A stretch of DNA of 64,000 bases from Asterionella formosa (Eukaryota), in NCBI GenBank assembly GCA_002256025.1, contig NKIB01009877.1, positions 1 to 64,000 on the forward strand, in the 5' to 3' direction. Each line of letters opens with the position of its first letter. Position 1 is the stretch's first letter. Below are positions 12,164-24,310 of the stretch, piece after piece. The translations under genes and the position numbers were made by a program. The notes beneath the pieces are model-generated. The model was not told where the DNA came from. It ran no database searches and saw only the letters and a list, made by a program, of their open reading frames with translations.

Positions 12164-13747
12164 TCAATAAGGTCCCCTTCTCGGTCTAGTCACTGAACGA
12201 ATTCCAGACTCAAGCATACCTACAACGGTAAATGTTCCACCGATAATCGCCATTAATGATGTGATGTAGTCATACAAAGGTCGTGACTTGAGCGAATAGG
12301 TGACTGCAATTGGGCTGAGGTCAACAATAAATTTTGCTTCAGGAACCTGATCGGTATTGTAAAAGGCAATCTGACTAGATTGCAACACCTGATACGACAT
12401 TAGATTTGTTGATATCAGTTTCAAGTAGTGATGGTGTGCCTCATGGAGTTCATCAGTGATATACACATTTTCATTCATGGGCATCGTGGTATGTTTAAAA
12501 TTGGATGGCAAAACGTTGCCCTGGCTGAGAGCGTGTTTGCTTGTCAACGTCAAATCACCAAATGAAAGTTCATGCACAATGTGAGAGACGTTGGTCATAT
12601 GGGGGGCCAATTCATGAGAAGGCGACCGAGCCTGAATGTAGAAATGCGACGGAGCCCGGTCCAAGAGTAGGACGCCACTCAATTGACAACCTGGATGCTC
12701 ATCTGGATTCCAGTTGTCTTTTACATTATGTCGCGTCCGCTCAAGAGATTCCGCCCATTGCCGTTCTTCCTCCGTCAGACCCATACGGCGTTTGGTTGCT
12801 TCTTCTGCATGCACCATGACACCTCCACCTTGCTCAAAGCTCGACTCGGCAACCGCCAAGTACTGTGTCATGCCCAAAACGGTTCGATGTCCATAATAGT
12901 CGCCGTATGGCTCACTATTGACAAAAAGTCGCAGGGTTGGATACCCCATAATTCCCTGCTGCATGCAAAGTTCGTGGTGAACCACACAGTCGACCTTTCC
13001 AATCAAAACGGGCATTTGCACCCTTTTGGCAGATTCATAGTCTGCGTCAGTATAATCGTCCTTGTGTAGACGAGATTCCGCTGCATCCAATACTACCTCC
13101 GCCAGAGTCTCCCAAGTCGGTGCCAATTGGCGACAGCTAGAGCGAAGAGATTTGATTTGGTAAGTTGGGTTCGATATTTTGCAAGAGTACGGCAGACAAG
13201 TGAAAGTTGCAGGCAGTGTTACTTACTGAGAGCACCATCCGGCGAAAAAATCTACAAATACAAATTGATAGTCATGTCTCGCATATTCCAGCGTCTCTTC
13301 ATTCAAGCTAACTGCGTCTTCTCCGTTCTTATGAAGCTGTTCCAATGAATCAGTAACCTTCGAATCGTGAAGTTCCACATCGTGTTGCAACATGTTGCGA
13401 TGAACGAATTGTTGCTGAATTCCTTTTGCATCGACTGTCCACTTTTGCACATTTTTGGTGACATTCTGTGCCTTGCCCAAGACGGACACGACATCAATGG
13501 TCGCGTACTCGCAGGTGAGATCGACCATGGTGATGTTGAAATTGACCCTGATACGTTTTTCCTTGTTGCGATCCAATGAAAGGTTCGTTACCAGGCGGTG
13601 CTCGAAGTATGCTTTGGTCTCCCAAAAGAACAAGGTGATCATCGTGCAAATTGCAATCCAGGAAATGATGGATCCCTGCCGGGATCCTTCCAGGAGATCA
13701 TTTGGCACCTTCCGGTACATGTCGAGGCCCGCTAGCATACGAGCCAT
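12164..13747 (-). CDS. ERGIC3/Erv46-like protein with inserted thioredoxin domain (PDI-C type); intron 13137-13226
   Basis: ERGIC_N motifs (LDMYRKVP.DL, NFNITM.DL.CEYATIDV), spliced WCSHC active site, GYPTLRLF, and COPII-ERV C-terminus (GCQLSG, NVSHIVHELSFG, AIIGGTFTV). Confidence 0.92.
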
Positions 13748-13766
13748 TGCACAAGTTGTTGGTTGA

Positions 13767-14069
13767 TGTTGATGGGGGCTATTTCTTGATGAGCTGCATC
13801 AATACTAGGGCAGAGCAGAAGCACTGTAGAGCAGTCGTAAATGGCAAGTGGAAGAGGATAGGCAGGACAGAGTGATCAATAGGATTGTCGGCGGATTGTT
13901 AGTATTAATACCTGCGTCCAGTGCACCGCGCGAGCACAGTGCAGACCAGACCAGTGTAACCACCAGATTTGGTACATCTAGTTACACCAGCAATCATGCC
14001 CCAATGACAGCAGTAGAATAAACATAATATTGTAGCTCACCTTAGTTATTGACAAGGTTCCCCTCAACA
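13767..14069 (+). repeat. Putative 5' LTR (303 bp)
   Basis: Terminal inverted repeats TGTTGATGGGG...CCCCTCAACA, AATAAA at 14017, about 180 bp upstream of the gag ATG (14251). There is no second copy to confirm the boundaries. Confidence 0.6.
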
Positions 14070-17000
14070 GAGCTACAATATCTGTTCTTCCTCCCTTCGT
14101 CTCCCTCGACGTTGCGGCTTCTTCTCTTTGCTCGTCCATAGCAAATCCACCGCAGTGCACATGAGCATTCGATCAAGCACCTGATTCCTAATATCACCGG
14201 CTTTCTTGCTGCATCTCCAGCACCTTTCAAACACTGCGTCCTCCATCCGAATGGCGGCTCCCTTGTCTTCATCAGTCTTCTCTTTCCGTCATCCGCTTTT
14301 AACGCCGATTGTTGGTAAACCCACGGTCCCCACTGTCACCCAGTTAAAAAAAGAGATATTTGCCAATGCCCGCTCAGTCCACTGCAGCACTGGTGGTGGT
14401 GGTACAAATGATTTCCTTGGGATTTTCATGGCTCCTGCACCTTACATCTTACGTGCCGGTGAAGCTTTTGTTCCCCCTACCCATCCTGGCAACCAGCCCA
14501 ATCATCTTCCAACTGCTACTCAATCCCAAATCACTGCGGCAAATCGTCAGTATGATAACCTCCTTGAATCTTATCGTTGCTATACTCAAGTCCGTGAGGC
14601 AGCCACTTTGCCAACAAATTCTTCTTGCCATTGATACTACCTAATACCATGTTCTTGAGGATGAAACATTTGGCTATGCTGATGTCACTGTTCTTGCCCT
14701 CCTTACTCATTTGGAGACAACATATGCTACTTTGAGTGCCGACGATTTAGAATTGAATCGTATGCGCCTCGCTGACATACTATGGAATCCCGACAAACCC
14801 CTAGAAAACTTATGGATCCGTATTAAACACCTCCGTGCTGTTGCAATTGCTGGCGGCGAACCTTTATCAGATAGCCCCGTCACGAGATTGACACTATCTG
14901 CTTTAGAACAGGCAGGGTTATACACTCACAGCATCTGCACCTGGTGTGATTGTCATGAACATGATCGTATTTGGGCGAATTTGGTCCGCATTTCACTCAT
15001 GGCGAAAAAGAACGTCTCCGTTCCTTAACTGCTAATACAGCAGCCTATCATGGTGCACATGCTGTTCTTCATCATTTGAGTCCTGCCCACCACATGCCAT
15101 TGCTTCATCTTCTCTCACTGGTTTGGCTGCCGCTGCTTAAGGAGTTACTAACAAATATTCTTGCAACAACATTCCCCTGGGATACTGTTGGATGCATGGT
15201 CTTACAAAAAACCACGGACACACTAGTGCCACATGTGCAAACCCTGTCTCGGGCCATCAAACAACCGCCACACTTGACAAATGCATGGGCAGCAGTGGTC
15301 GCATGTTTAGTGATGGAACTCGACGCAACCGCCCTTCCGCTACTAGTCTCAATACGGCTGTCAACCCCATTTCACCTGCCTGACCAGGAGGGAAGCAAGT
15401 CATGCTATTGGATAATACTAGTAAACCTAGTTTATCTGCTATGCCCACTTGTCCCCCCATCACGTTAATTGCAGATTCTGGTAGTTCCGGCAACTATACC
15501 ACCTTGGACCTACCTGTGGTTAACCAGCGCCCGTCCTCCTGCCCTGTCACAATTCAACTTCCCAACGGCAAGCAAATAGTGTCAATACATGAGGCTGAAC
15601 TCGATATTCCTATGCTTCTTCCTGCTGCACGACATGTCCATCTTGTTCCTGGATTACAAAACTGCTCCTTATTATCCATTGGTCAACTTTGTGACTCTGG
15701 CTATGAAGTAAAATTCACCAGTACCCATATGACAGTGTTATTAGATGATCAGTGCATTCTCCAAGGCCACTGCTCTGCATCCACCAAATTATGGCATGTT
15801 TCCTCCACCACCCCTGCACCCACTATTCCTGTCCCAATCAACTTTACGGCCGCCGCCATCAGTACCACACCCAAAGCTGCCAACCTTGTTGCTTTTGCGC
15901 ATGCCACGCTGTTTTCCCCAGCCATATCGACATTGGAAAAGGCCCTTGTCAATGGGTACCCCAAATTCCCTGGTTTAACTTTACTAACCCTGCGAAAACA
16001 CCCCCCACATTCCATTGCCACCATTAAAGGCCACCTTGATCAGACCAGACAAAACCAGCGATCCACTCAACTCCCACCGATAATCCCTGATCATGCCCCC
16101 ACTCTACCATGTCCAATTGATACAGATGTGCGTCCCACTGACAATGAGATTCACACGCACATGTGTTACGCTGCAGTTATGGCCCCTACTGGCCAAATCT
16201 AAACAGATCAAACTGGAAAATTCGTCCAATCGTCCAGCACTGGTAATAATGATGTCATGATGTTGTATGATTTTGATAGCAACTTCATTTTCATGCACCC
16301 ATTCCGCAATCGCACTGCCCCTTGCATCCTTGAGGCTTACAAACACCTCCATCAATGCTTATGCAAAGCCGGTCTTCGCCCACAACTTCAATGCTTAGAC
16401 AATGAATGTTCCACACTGCTCAAGGATTTCATGGATATGGAATCCATTGATTTCCAGTTAGTGCCCCCTGCAGTCCATCACTGCAATGCGGCTGAACAGG
16501 CAATCCGCACCTTCCAGAATCATTTTATTGCCGGATTGTGCAGTGTTGACAAAGATTTCCCCCTTCACCTGTGGGATTAACTCTTGAACCAGGCTGAACT
16601 CACCCTCAATTTACTCTGGGGATCACGGATCAATCCCAAATTGTCTGCATGGGCCCAAGTGAATGGATTGTATGATTACAATCGTACTCCATTGGCACCC
16701 CCTGGATGTAGGGTTCTTGTTCATGCTAAACCGCAACAATCCAATACATGGTCCCCACATGCCCTTGACGGCTGGTATGTGGGCCCTGCTGTTGATTCTT
16801 ATCGTTGCTATTGAGTATGGATGTGGGACACCAGGTCCACGCGTATTTGCGATACGGTGTCCTGGTTCCCTACCAAAGTGGCCTTACCTACTAATTCTTC
16901 TGCTGACATTATTGCTACCAGTTTACAAGATATTGTGCATGTGCTGGCCAACCCCACTTCCCGCTCTCCTGTTAATCCCCTTCCACACACGCACAAAGCT

Positions 17001-17230
17001 GCTTTACAACAGCTCCTTGACATTATGTTGGTACCCCTCCCTGATGCCACCAGCACAAAATGCTCTCCTGTTCCATCACTGAGGGTGCAAAGTGCACCGG
17101 AGCTGCCAGCCACTCCAAAAATTCATATCATCCCCGAGTCTGTTGTCCCCAATCCTCTGCCACCACCATCATACCATACCCCTGTCCAATTACTGAGGGT
17201 GCCCCCCCCCCTCCATGAATGCAAGTGTTG
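13767..17230 (+). mobile_element. Diatom-type Ty1/Copia LTR retrotransposon, degenerate and 3'-truncated (putative 5' LTR, gag, protease, integrase; no RT or 3' LTR seen)
   Basis: Gag (LTPIVGKPT..EIFANARSV, knuckle CWMHG..HTSATC), protease IADSGSS, integrase (DQTGKF, LDNECS, QLVPP..H..NAAEQAIRTF, GWYVGPA). Several stops and frameshifts. Confidence 0.88.
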
Positions 17231-17599
17231 ATAATCCTCTTTTAGGTGTGGACCTTCAAACTGACAATCGTACCCCGCTCGCCAGCACCTATGACTTCGA
17301 AACAAGTCTGCCAGGGCACCAACAACGTCAACTAATACGCAAATCTCTGCGCGCAATCACGCCAGCCGCATTGAACAAGCGCACCATACGCACCCTGTGC
17401 ACCAGTATAGTCAAACATTTGCAAAAGCCGGGAGGGACCACTTTAGCTAGTTGAGGCTAAGGGAAATTTAGATAATTGTTAAATGTAGTTAGCAAATAGA
17501 GTCTGATCTTGCGATCAGCCTTGATTCCTAACTTATCAACTTGTTCTTCCTCTGTACTGCCATATAGAAAATGATTCCGGGATTGCCACCTTCCCATCC

Positions 17600-19000
17600 C
17601 AAGCAACAAAGGTCAACATTTTGAAAACAAAGGTTGTTATCCATGTCACAGCGGTACCGCTATTTGAATTTATGTGTCTTTCCTGAACGTAGATGGAATT
17701 TGATTTTCCCCAGATTTTACTGGCTGGATGACCTTGAAACAGAGCAAATGGATAGTGTTTCCTTAATCAGTTGATTCCATTAAATTTATTCATGACCACT
17801 ATCGTACTCTTTGATTTCCTGGTTGCATTGGATCTATTGATTGTGTTCATTTCTTTTGGAATTGCTGTCTTGCTGGACTACTCACTGCCTCAATGCAAGG
17901 GAAAGGAGAAGGCACCAACTCATGCCTTTCAAGTCATAGTTTCATATACAAAGAAAGTTCTTCCTGTTTCAAATGTTCATTTTGGTTGTGACAATGACAA
18001 AACCAGAGCAAGATTCAATGCAGCAATCACAAACTTGATAAACCTGGCAAACATTTGGAGGAACAGTTTCTGGGAGGATTACTACCTTCAAACAAGATGG
18101 AACTTCTGGAATTGAGAGGGGATTCTATTTTATTTGTGATGGAGGATACCATACATGCCCGCAGCTGATGCTCCCACTGCTGCAACTGAAAAGCAAGCAT
18201 ATATGAATAGGAGAGTTAATTTAGTTAATCAATCATACAGACAGGCAGGCCATCAAAAGAAATGAAATTTTCTGGAGCTAATTAATCATAAAATTACTAC
18301 TAAATCATTCACAAACACTACCGGTATTTTCATCATCATCCTCATCAGATGATGAGTTTCTGTCCTCAGGAGAGCATACAGTATCAGCATTCAATGCTTT
18401 ATCGATGAAAAAATTCTTTTGAGTGGCTGGTACTGGTGGAATTTCTATTATTTCCCACCTCGCAAGCAGTTCCACCAATACTTGGTACAGCTGCAGGAAA
18501 GACATTAGCAATGTGAATCTGAAGGAGGAATTCCCATACAGATAAGTTTGCAGAATTGGCCTACTTGATTGCATCCATTTGATTCTTTTCCACACATGTC
18601 GTTGCAGCCTTACTACTAGCTCTCATCAATGCAGCTCTATTCCTCTGATTAACATGATCCACACTTGTTGATTGTTTTGCTTCCAATGCCTGCCTGCCTG
18701 CCTCTTCACACTCTTATCTTCATGTCTTTGCTCATTACAGCTCTTGAGTTTGTGTTTAAGAGAATCAACATTTTTATCAAGATAAATTGCACTTGAACTT
18801 GCTGTCCCATCTGCCATTTGTGCTATAATGGGATAATTACGGAATGCCCTGAATGCCACAACGTTGAGTGGGTAAAAATATTCTGGAAAATCTTCTAGCT
18901 TTGCATTATTGATGCCAGAAGAAGTATTCCTGCTGTTCTCTTTCTTCCTCTGGTTTCTGGTATTAGCAATTGACTTCTTGTTCTTGATGAACACCCAAAT
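17600..19000. mobile_element. Degenerate Harbinger/Plant_tran-like transposon relic (transposase fragment on +, convergent second-ORF relic on -)
   Basis: Fragments HFGCDNDKTRARF and GFYFICDGGYH.CPQLM resemble DDE catalytic regions; broken convergent ORFs at 18305-18994. Confidence 0.5.
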
Positions 19001-19099
19001 ATGTGGAAGGACCCTTTTAATTGCAATCTAGTGTTTCACCACTCATCAACTTATAGTGTGGTTGCCATTGATTGATTCAAATAGCGTAAGCATATATCT

Positions 19100-19232
19100 T
19101 CTGGCGAGAAACTGCAGAAAAGAACTTCGGCTTTTTAGTACTATACCAAATAAACAGATTTCCCCCGAATTTTCTAGTATTTTTAGCGTAGTTAAAAACC
19201 GAAGTTCCTTTCTGCAGTTGTTTCTCGCCAGA
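19100..19232. mobile_element. Small foldback/MITE-like element with about 40-bp imperfect terminal inverted repeats
   Basis: TCTGGCGAGAAACTGCAGAAAAGAACTTCGG pairs with CCGAAGTTCCTTTCTGCAGTTGTTTCTCGCCAGA. Confidence 0.75.
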
Positions 19233-20314
19233 TCCTATCATATTCTGATGATATATAGAGTGGACCTACACCCCTACAAAGACTGTATGTAAGAATATGG
19301 AAAGGGTGTCTAATGGTGAAAGCTCCATTGAGCAGTATACACACATATTTTATAGCTGAAAAGTACATGTTTGATTAGTCTGACTCAATTTTTTTAAACC
19401 CTACCTCGAGCTAGGGGCTCAGATACAGGAACCTTAGGGCAACTGGCATGATGCTTCCTGGCGTGAACAGCATGGGTTGTTAAAAACAAACCCTCCTGAT
19501 ATCAGTATAACATAAGTATTGACTTCTGGTGCTGCTGTCAAGCAGAGATGTGTTTTGTAGTGGGACACAATTTACTGGCTGTCAATGTGTCGAGTAGTGC
19601 AAAGTGGTGCTGAAAGAGTCGTGCAAAACATGCATTGTTGTGCCTCATTCTATCTGCTTGTCATGGGGGGGACTAGTAGGGAAGGAAGTTTGAATCAAAG
19701 GTTGTGCTTGTGGTGGTTTGGATAGGCCACACAATTGATTGGCAGGGTGACAGTGGGGTGCTGTTGTTGCAAGTAAAGAAGGCATGGATATATTGCTGCC
19801 CCTTTCTTGCCGTTTTCGCTGATTTCTCATAGAGGAATGTGGCCTTTAGAATGTTAATAAATCAAGAAGTCAGCATAGAGAGGATCCAAAAGTTTGGTTA
19901 TTGGTGATACAACATCATCATCAAGGTAAGGAACAGCCATTTCCAAAAAGCTTCTGACAGTCCCCAAAGCAAATGGATTTCCTTCACAGTAGGAAAAGGT
20001 TTTTTTGCCGGGTTCGAATTCCTCGGGAATTGAAAAATTTAGTGAAGTTTCCAAATGCGATTTTCCCACGGTATACCGGTATATATACCGTTACAAGCAA
20101 GGGCCTCACGACCGAAAAAACAAGGCCAAGAAATCAAGCCGGGGCTGCGGACCATGAGTGGACCTCATATCAGTTAGCGCCTACCGTATACCTGTCGGTA
20201 CTGCATTTCGACTTATTTCTTGAGCATCAGCGTCACATAGTTCACAGCTTCCCCGCTGCTACTTCAACTTCAGTAAGCGCCTAGTCTTCCTCAGCCCAAC
20301 AAATCCCTCTCATC

Positions 20315-22044
20315 ATGTCAATGGTCTATGGTACGTAGGTAATAGCATAGCTCACTGGTCGGAATAGGGCTTCCGAAGCAGATTTGATCAGATCTCACCC
20401 CCATCTTCGCGCTCGCTTGATCCATTAGATGAATACGGTCGCCCCTTCATCATCCTGAAGGAGCAGCAGGCAAAGGCCCGTGTCAAGGGCCTCGAAGCGA
20501 CGAAGTCCAACATCCTCGCTGCACGATCCATCACACGCATCCTTCGAACGTCATTGGGCCCCAAGGGCATGGACAAGATGCTCGTCAGCCCCGATGGCGA
20601 CGTCACGATCACCAACGACGGAGCCACGATCATGGAGAGAATGGAAGTGCAGCATCAAGTGGCCAAGCTCCTAGTTGAGCTTAGCAGCAGTCAAGATGAA
20701 GAGATTGGTGATGGCACCACTGGTGTGGTCGTCTTGGCAGGAGCTCTCTTGGAACAGGCGGAAAAACTATTGCAAAAGGGCATTCATCCTGTTCGTGTGG
20801 CGGAAGGATTTGAACGGGCGGCGCAGATCGCTATTGATACGCTGGCAGAGATCGGAGATCGCATTGAATTTACCAAGGACGATGTTCAGCCTTTGATCAA
20901 GACGGCATCTACCACGCTCAACTCAAAAATTATTCACAATCATAAGGAACACATGGCTGAAATTGCTGTCAGGGCTGTCTTAAGTGTGGCGGATCTCGAC
21001 CATAATGACGTCAACTTTGATATGATTCGCATGGAAGGGAAACCTGGTGGAACTCTGGAGGAGACGGAACTTGTCAATGGTATTGTCATTGACAAGGAAA
21101 TTAGTCATCCTCAAATGGCAAAGTCCATTAAAGATGCAAAAATATGTATCTTGACTTGCCCGTTTGAACCTCCAAAGCCAAAGACGAAGCACAAGTTGGA
21201 TATTACCTCCAAGGAAGCCTATGAACAGCTGTATCTACAAGAACAGCAATATTTTGTCGATATGGTTCGGCGTGTCAAGGATTCCGGAGCTAACCTTGTC
21301 ATTTGTCAGTGGGGATTTGACGATGAAGCCAATCATTTGCTGCTACAAAACAAGTTGCCCGCTGTGCGTTGGGTGGGCGGGGTCGAGATCGAGCACATTG
21401 CCATTGCCACCGGAGGACGAATTGTCCCTCGATTCGAAGAGCTATCGGAAGACAAGCTTGGCAAATGTGGCATGGTCAGAGAAATTTCTTTTGGTACAAA
21501 CAGCAAAGAACGAATGCTTGTTTTGGAAGACTGTGCCAACTCGAATGCTATTACTGTCTTAGTCCGCGGTGGAAACAAGATGATTGTTGAAGAAGCAAAG
21601 CGTTCCTTGCACGATGCCATGTGCGTTGTCAGAAATCTCATCAAGGACAACAGAGTTGTTTACGGTGGAGGATCAGCGGAAATTGCTTGCAGTTTAGCTG
21701 TTCGTAAATTTGCTGATACTGTGTCTGGTGTAGACCAGTATGCTATCCGTGCGTTCGCTGAAGCACTAGAGGACATTCCCTTGGCATTAGCTGAAAATGC
21801 TGGCCTTTCTCCTATGGAAGAAGTTGCCGCATTAAAAGCTCGTCAAGTCATGGAAGGAAATCCAGTCATTGGTCTTGGCATCGTGGACCCCGTGAAGAAT
21901 CAAGATGGATACCACTCTGCCGATATGCGTGCCCTTGGAGTCTTCGAAACGTTGATTGGAAAGCAGCAACAGCTACAGTTGGCTTCGCAGGTGGTCAAGA
22001 TGATTCTCAAGATTGACGATGTCATTTCCATTCGCCAGTACTAG
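20315..22044 (+). CDS. CCT5: T-complex protein 1 subunit epsilon; intron 20331-20428
   Basis: Spliced N-terminus [64 protein letters not shown]. Confidence 0.97.
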
Positions 22045-22080
22045 GGATAAAACATATACGAGAACATTATTCCGCTCTAG

Positions 22081-23325
22081 TTATGATAGTCTAACTTGCA
22101 CGACTCTAGCTCCAGATCCATTCACGTTTTGCCCGATACGTAATCGCTCGCCAAGATAAACGCCATCGAAAAGTCCCTCACCGTGAATGGGCAACGCAAT
22201 ACAGCTGTTTTGCCAGCACAGTTTTCCTCCTTCGATATTCGCGATTAGTCGCTTGGGCACTAGAACATTTGTTGGGTCTTCGTCGCGCAAGCGCCCTGCA
22301 ACTTCAACCCGAAGCGAGGGTCCAAAGATCTCACCTACATTCAACACCGAATCCTTTCCGAAGACTTGAAAGTTATCATTAAAGGAAAACTCTGGAAATG
22401 GAATTCTTCTGTCGACTCCACCACCAGTAGGACCACGTTGCAAATAGCACAACATCCATTTGCCTGCTAACTTAGTTGGATCCCAAGAAAATCTCTTCGC
22501 AACAACCTCATCAATGAGTGAATCTATCTCGAAGCGTTCTTCTTGCGAATATTCCATGGCTCGACGTCCATTGAGGGCCTCAAACAACTTGGACACTTCA
22601 AGTGGCTCATTAGATGCTGCGGAAATGTTAGATTTTGGAGGTGGTGTGAACAGCGTAGGTGTAAATGATTCTTTCAAGGCCTGTGAGGCAGATTTTGACC
22701 ATGTTTGAGATTGGCGCGAGACTAGACCATTTTCATCAACAAAGAACTGAACCACTGACTCGTAAGCAGTCACATAAGGCTTCCATGGGAGCTGAAGGAA
22801 ACCCCGCGATCGAATGTTTGCAGATATCGTTCGAGTTTCCTCGTTCACCGCCAATGGAGATAGGAGCTGAACAATTGATTCATTTGGATCAAACAGAATA
22901 CGTAGTGCCCTTTGGTATTGACTTAGTGAGGCAACTTCGTTGGTAGGGTCTAGAAAGATGCAGTCATCTCGAAAGATATCAGTGGACAAATCACCTGAAA
23001 GAAAATAACCGCCTTGCCCTGTTGCACCAACAGTCAAATCTCGCTTTAGTCGATCCGCCAGCTCCTGTAGAGACAAACCGGTCGTCTTTTCTGTTGTCGT
23101 CGGTTTTCCAAGCGGAGCTAGATTCGTGAAAGGTCTTACAAAGTCTGGAAGCTCGCTAGCGGCATCAGCTGACCCCAGATTTGTTCCTGCAATCAGGCTA
23201 CCAACAGTTTGAGAAATCCATATTCGACGAGAGCTGGAAGTACTTGAGAGTGTACGTACTACAGGGGCGACGAGGAGAATAAGATACAGTGATCGCAAAG
23301 GCGATGAATTCGACGTGATGTACAT
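22081..23325 (-). CDS. DUF2358/SnoaL-like protein with C-terminal fibrillin/lipocalin-like region, probably plastid-targeted
   Basis: YFLSGDLSTDIFRDDCIFLDPT and LQLPWKPYV motifs; N-terminal signal peptide followed by SRR..I and ADA. C-terminal fold call is tentative (LAGKW.LCY). Confidence 0.72.
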   Translation of the reverse strand: MYITSNSSPLRSLYLILLVAPVVRTLSSTSSSRRIWISQTVGSLIAGTNLGSADAASELPDFVRPFTNLAPLGKPTTTEKTTGLSLQELADRLKRDLTVGATGQGGYFLSGDLSTDIFRDDCIFLDPTNEVASLSQYQRALRILFDPNESIVQLLSPLAVNEETRTISANIRSRGFLQLPWKPYVTAYESVVQFFVDENGLVSRQSQTWSKSASQALKESFTPTLFTPPPKSNISAASNEPLEVSKLFEALNGRRAMEYSQEERFEIDSLIDEVVAKRFSWDPTKLAGKWMLCYLQRGPTGGGVDRRIPFPEFSFNDNFQVFGKDSVLNVGEIFGPSLRVEVAGRLRDEDPTNVLVPKRLIANIEGGKLCWQNSCIALPIHGEGLFDGVYLGERLRIGQNVNGSGARVVQVRLS

Positions 23326-23915
23326 GATGTTTTAGACAGCAAGTATGCCAGAGGTGACTGACTCTCTATTCTACATGGTAGATTAAGTGTTTTCGATGTT
23401 GTTGTTTTTAGAGCATCTCCACCGCATCGACGAAATACCAAAGCCAATTGCAGTTGAAAATATCAATACACGTCACTTGGTCGAGAATTTTTCTATCAAT
23501 ATACCGGTAGTCGAATTTTTCAATGTTTTTTCCCACTGAATCGACCAAATCGTAGAATACCCGTGGTCAAATCTTGCGCCGAAACTTTAAGCGAATAGAA
23601 ATAGCATTAGATGTTGTTACATGTGTATCGTTATGTTAGTAAACCCGATTACTACCAATAAGAGAATGATGGGACTGTGTGGTGTATGGTACTGGTACCA
23701 GGGTACTCATAAATATCATGCCTGATGAAATGAGCAATGATAGTGACGCATCAGATAACGACCGCTCCTACACTTCCGCACATAACGGTTACCAGTGTAC
23801 ATATACAGGAAGAAAACGAGAAAAGGCAACCGAAGGATGAGGCGGAGGATCAAAGGAAGTCGCTTGGCTAGTCTGTGGTACCTGTAGCTTTTTGAATATT
23901 AGTAGACTCACATTT

Positions 23916-24310
23916 TGTCAGGTACACATAGCACATTGGCATGTAGCTCCTACGGGCAAGCGATGGAAGTAGTGATCCCAACTACTGTAATATACTCACT
24001 GCCTGATCAAGGATGGGGTCACACAAAACCTCGTGGGGAGTAATCCTCCTTTGTGTGATAGACTGGGACTACCTCCAGGTCTAAGTCTATTGGGTACATA
24101 GCCATATGGAGGGACTGCATCTATATGTACGTTGTGATGTGGGAAGCAGGAGTCGTTTGGCAAATGCGATGCTGCAGGAGCATAATAAACCTGCTCGGAT
24201 CCATGCACCAACCAGGAGTAACGCACCCGGAGGGCACGGGAAGCTATTTCCCAGCAGCAATGGACCACCTGACCCTTAGGGAAGAGGCCTAGAGTAATCT
24301 AGAACCTGAC
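23916..24310 (+). repeat. 5' LTR
   Basis: Direct repeat of 27501-27899, roughly 95% identical by eye. Confidence 0.95.

Noticed and set aside
23996..24268. 90-aa antisense ORF present in both LTRs (also 27584-27856)
   Set aside because: Its repetition is explained by LTR duplication; no ATG start and no recognisable motif.
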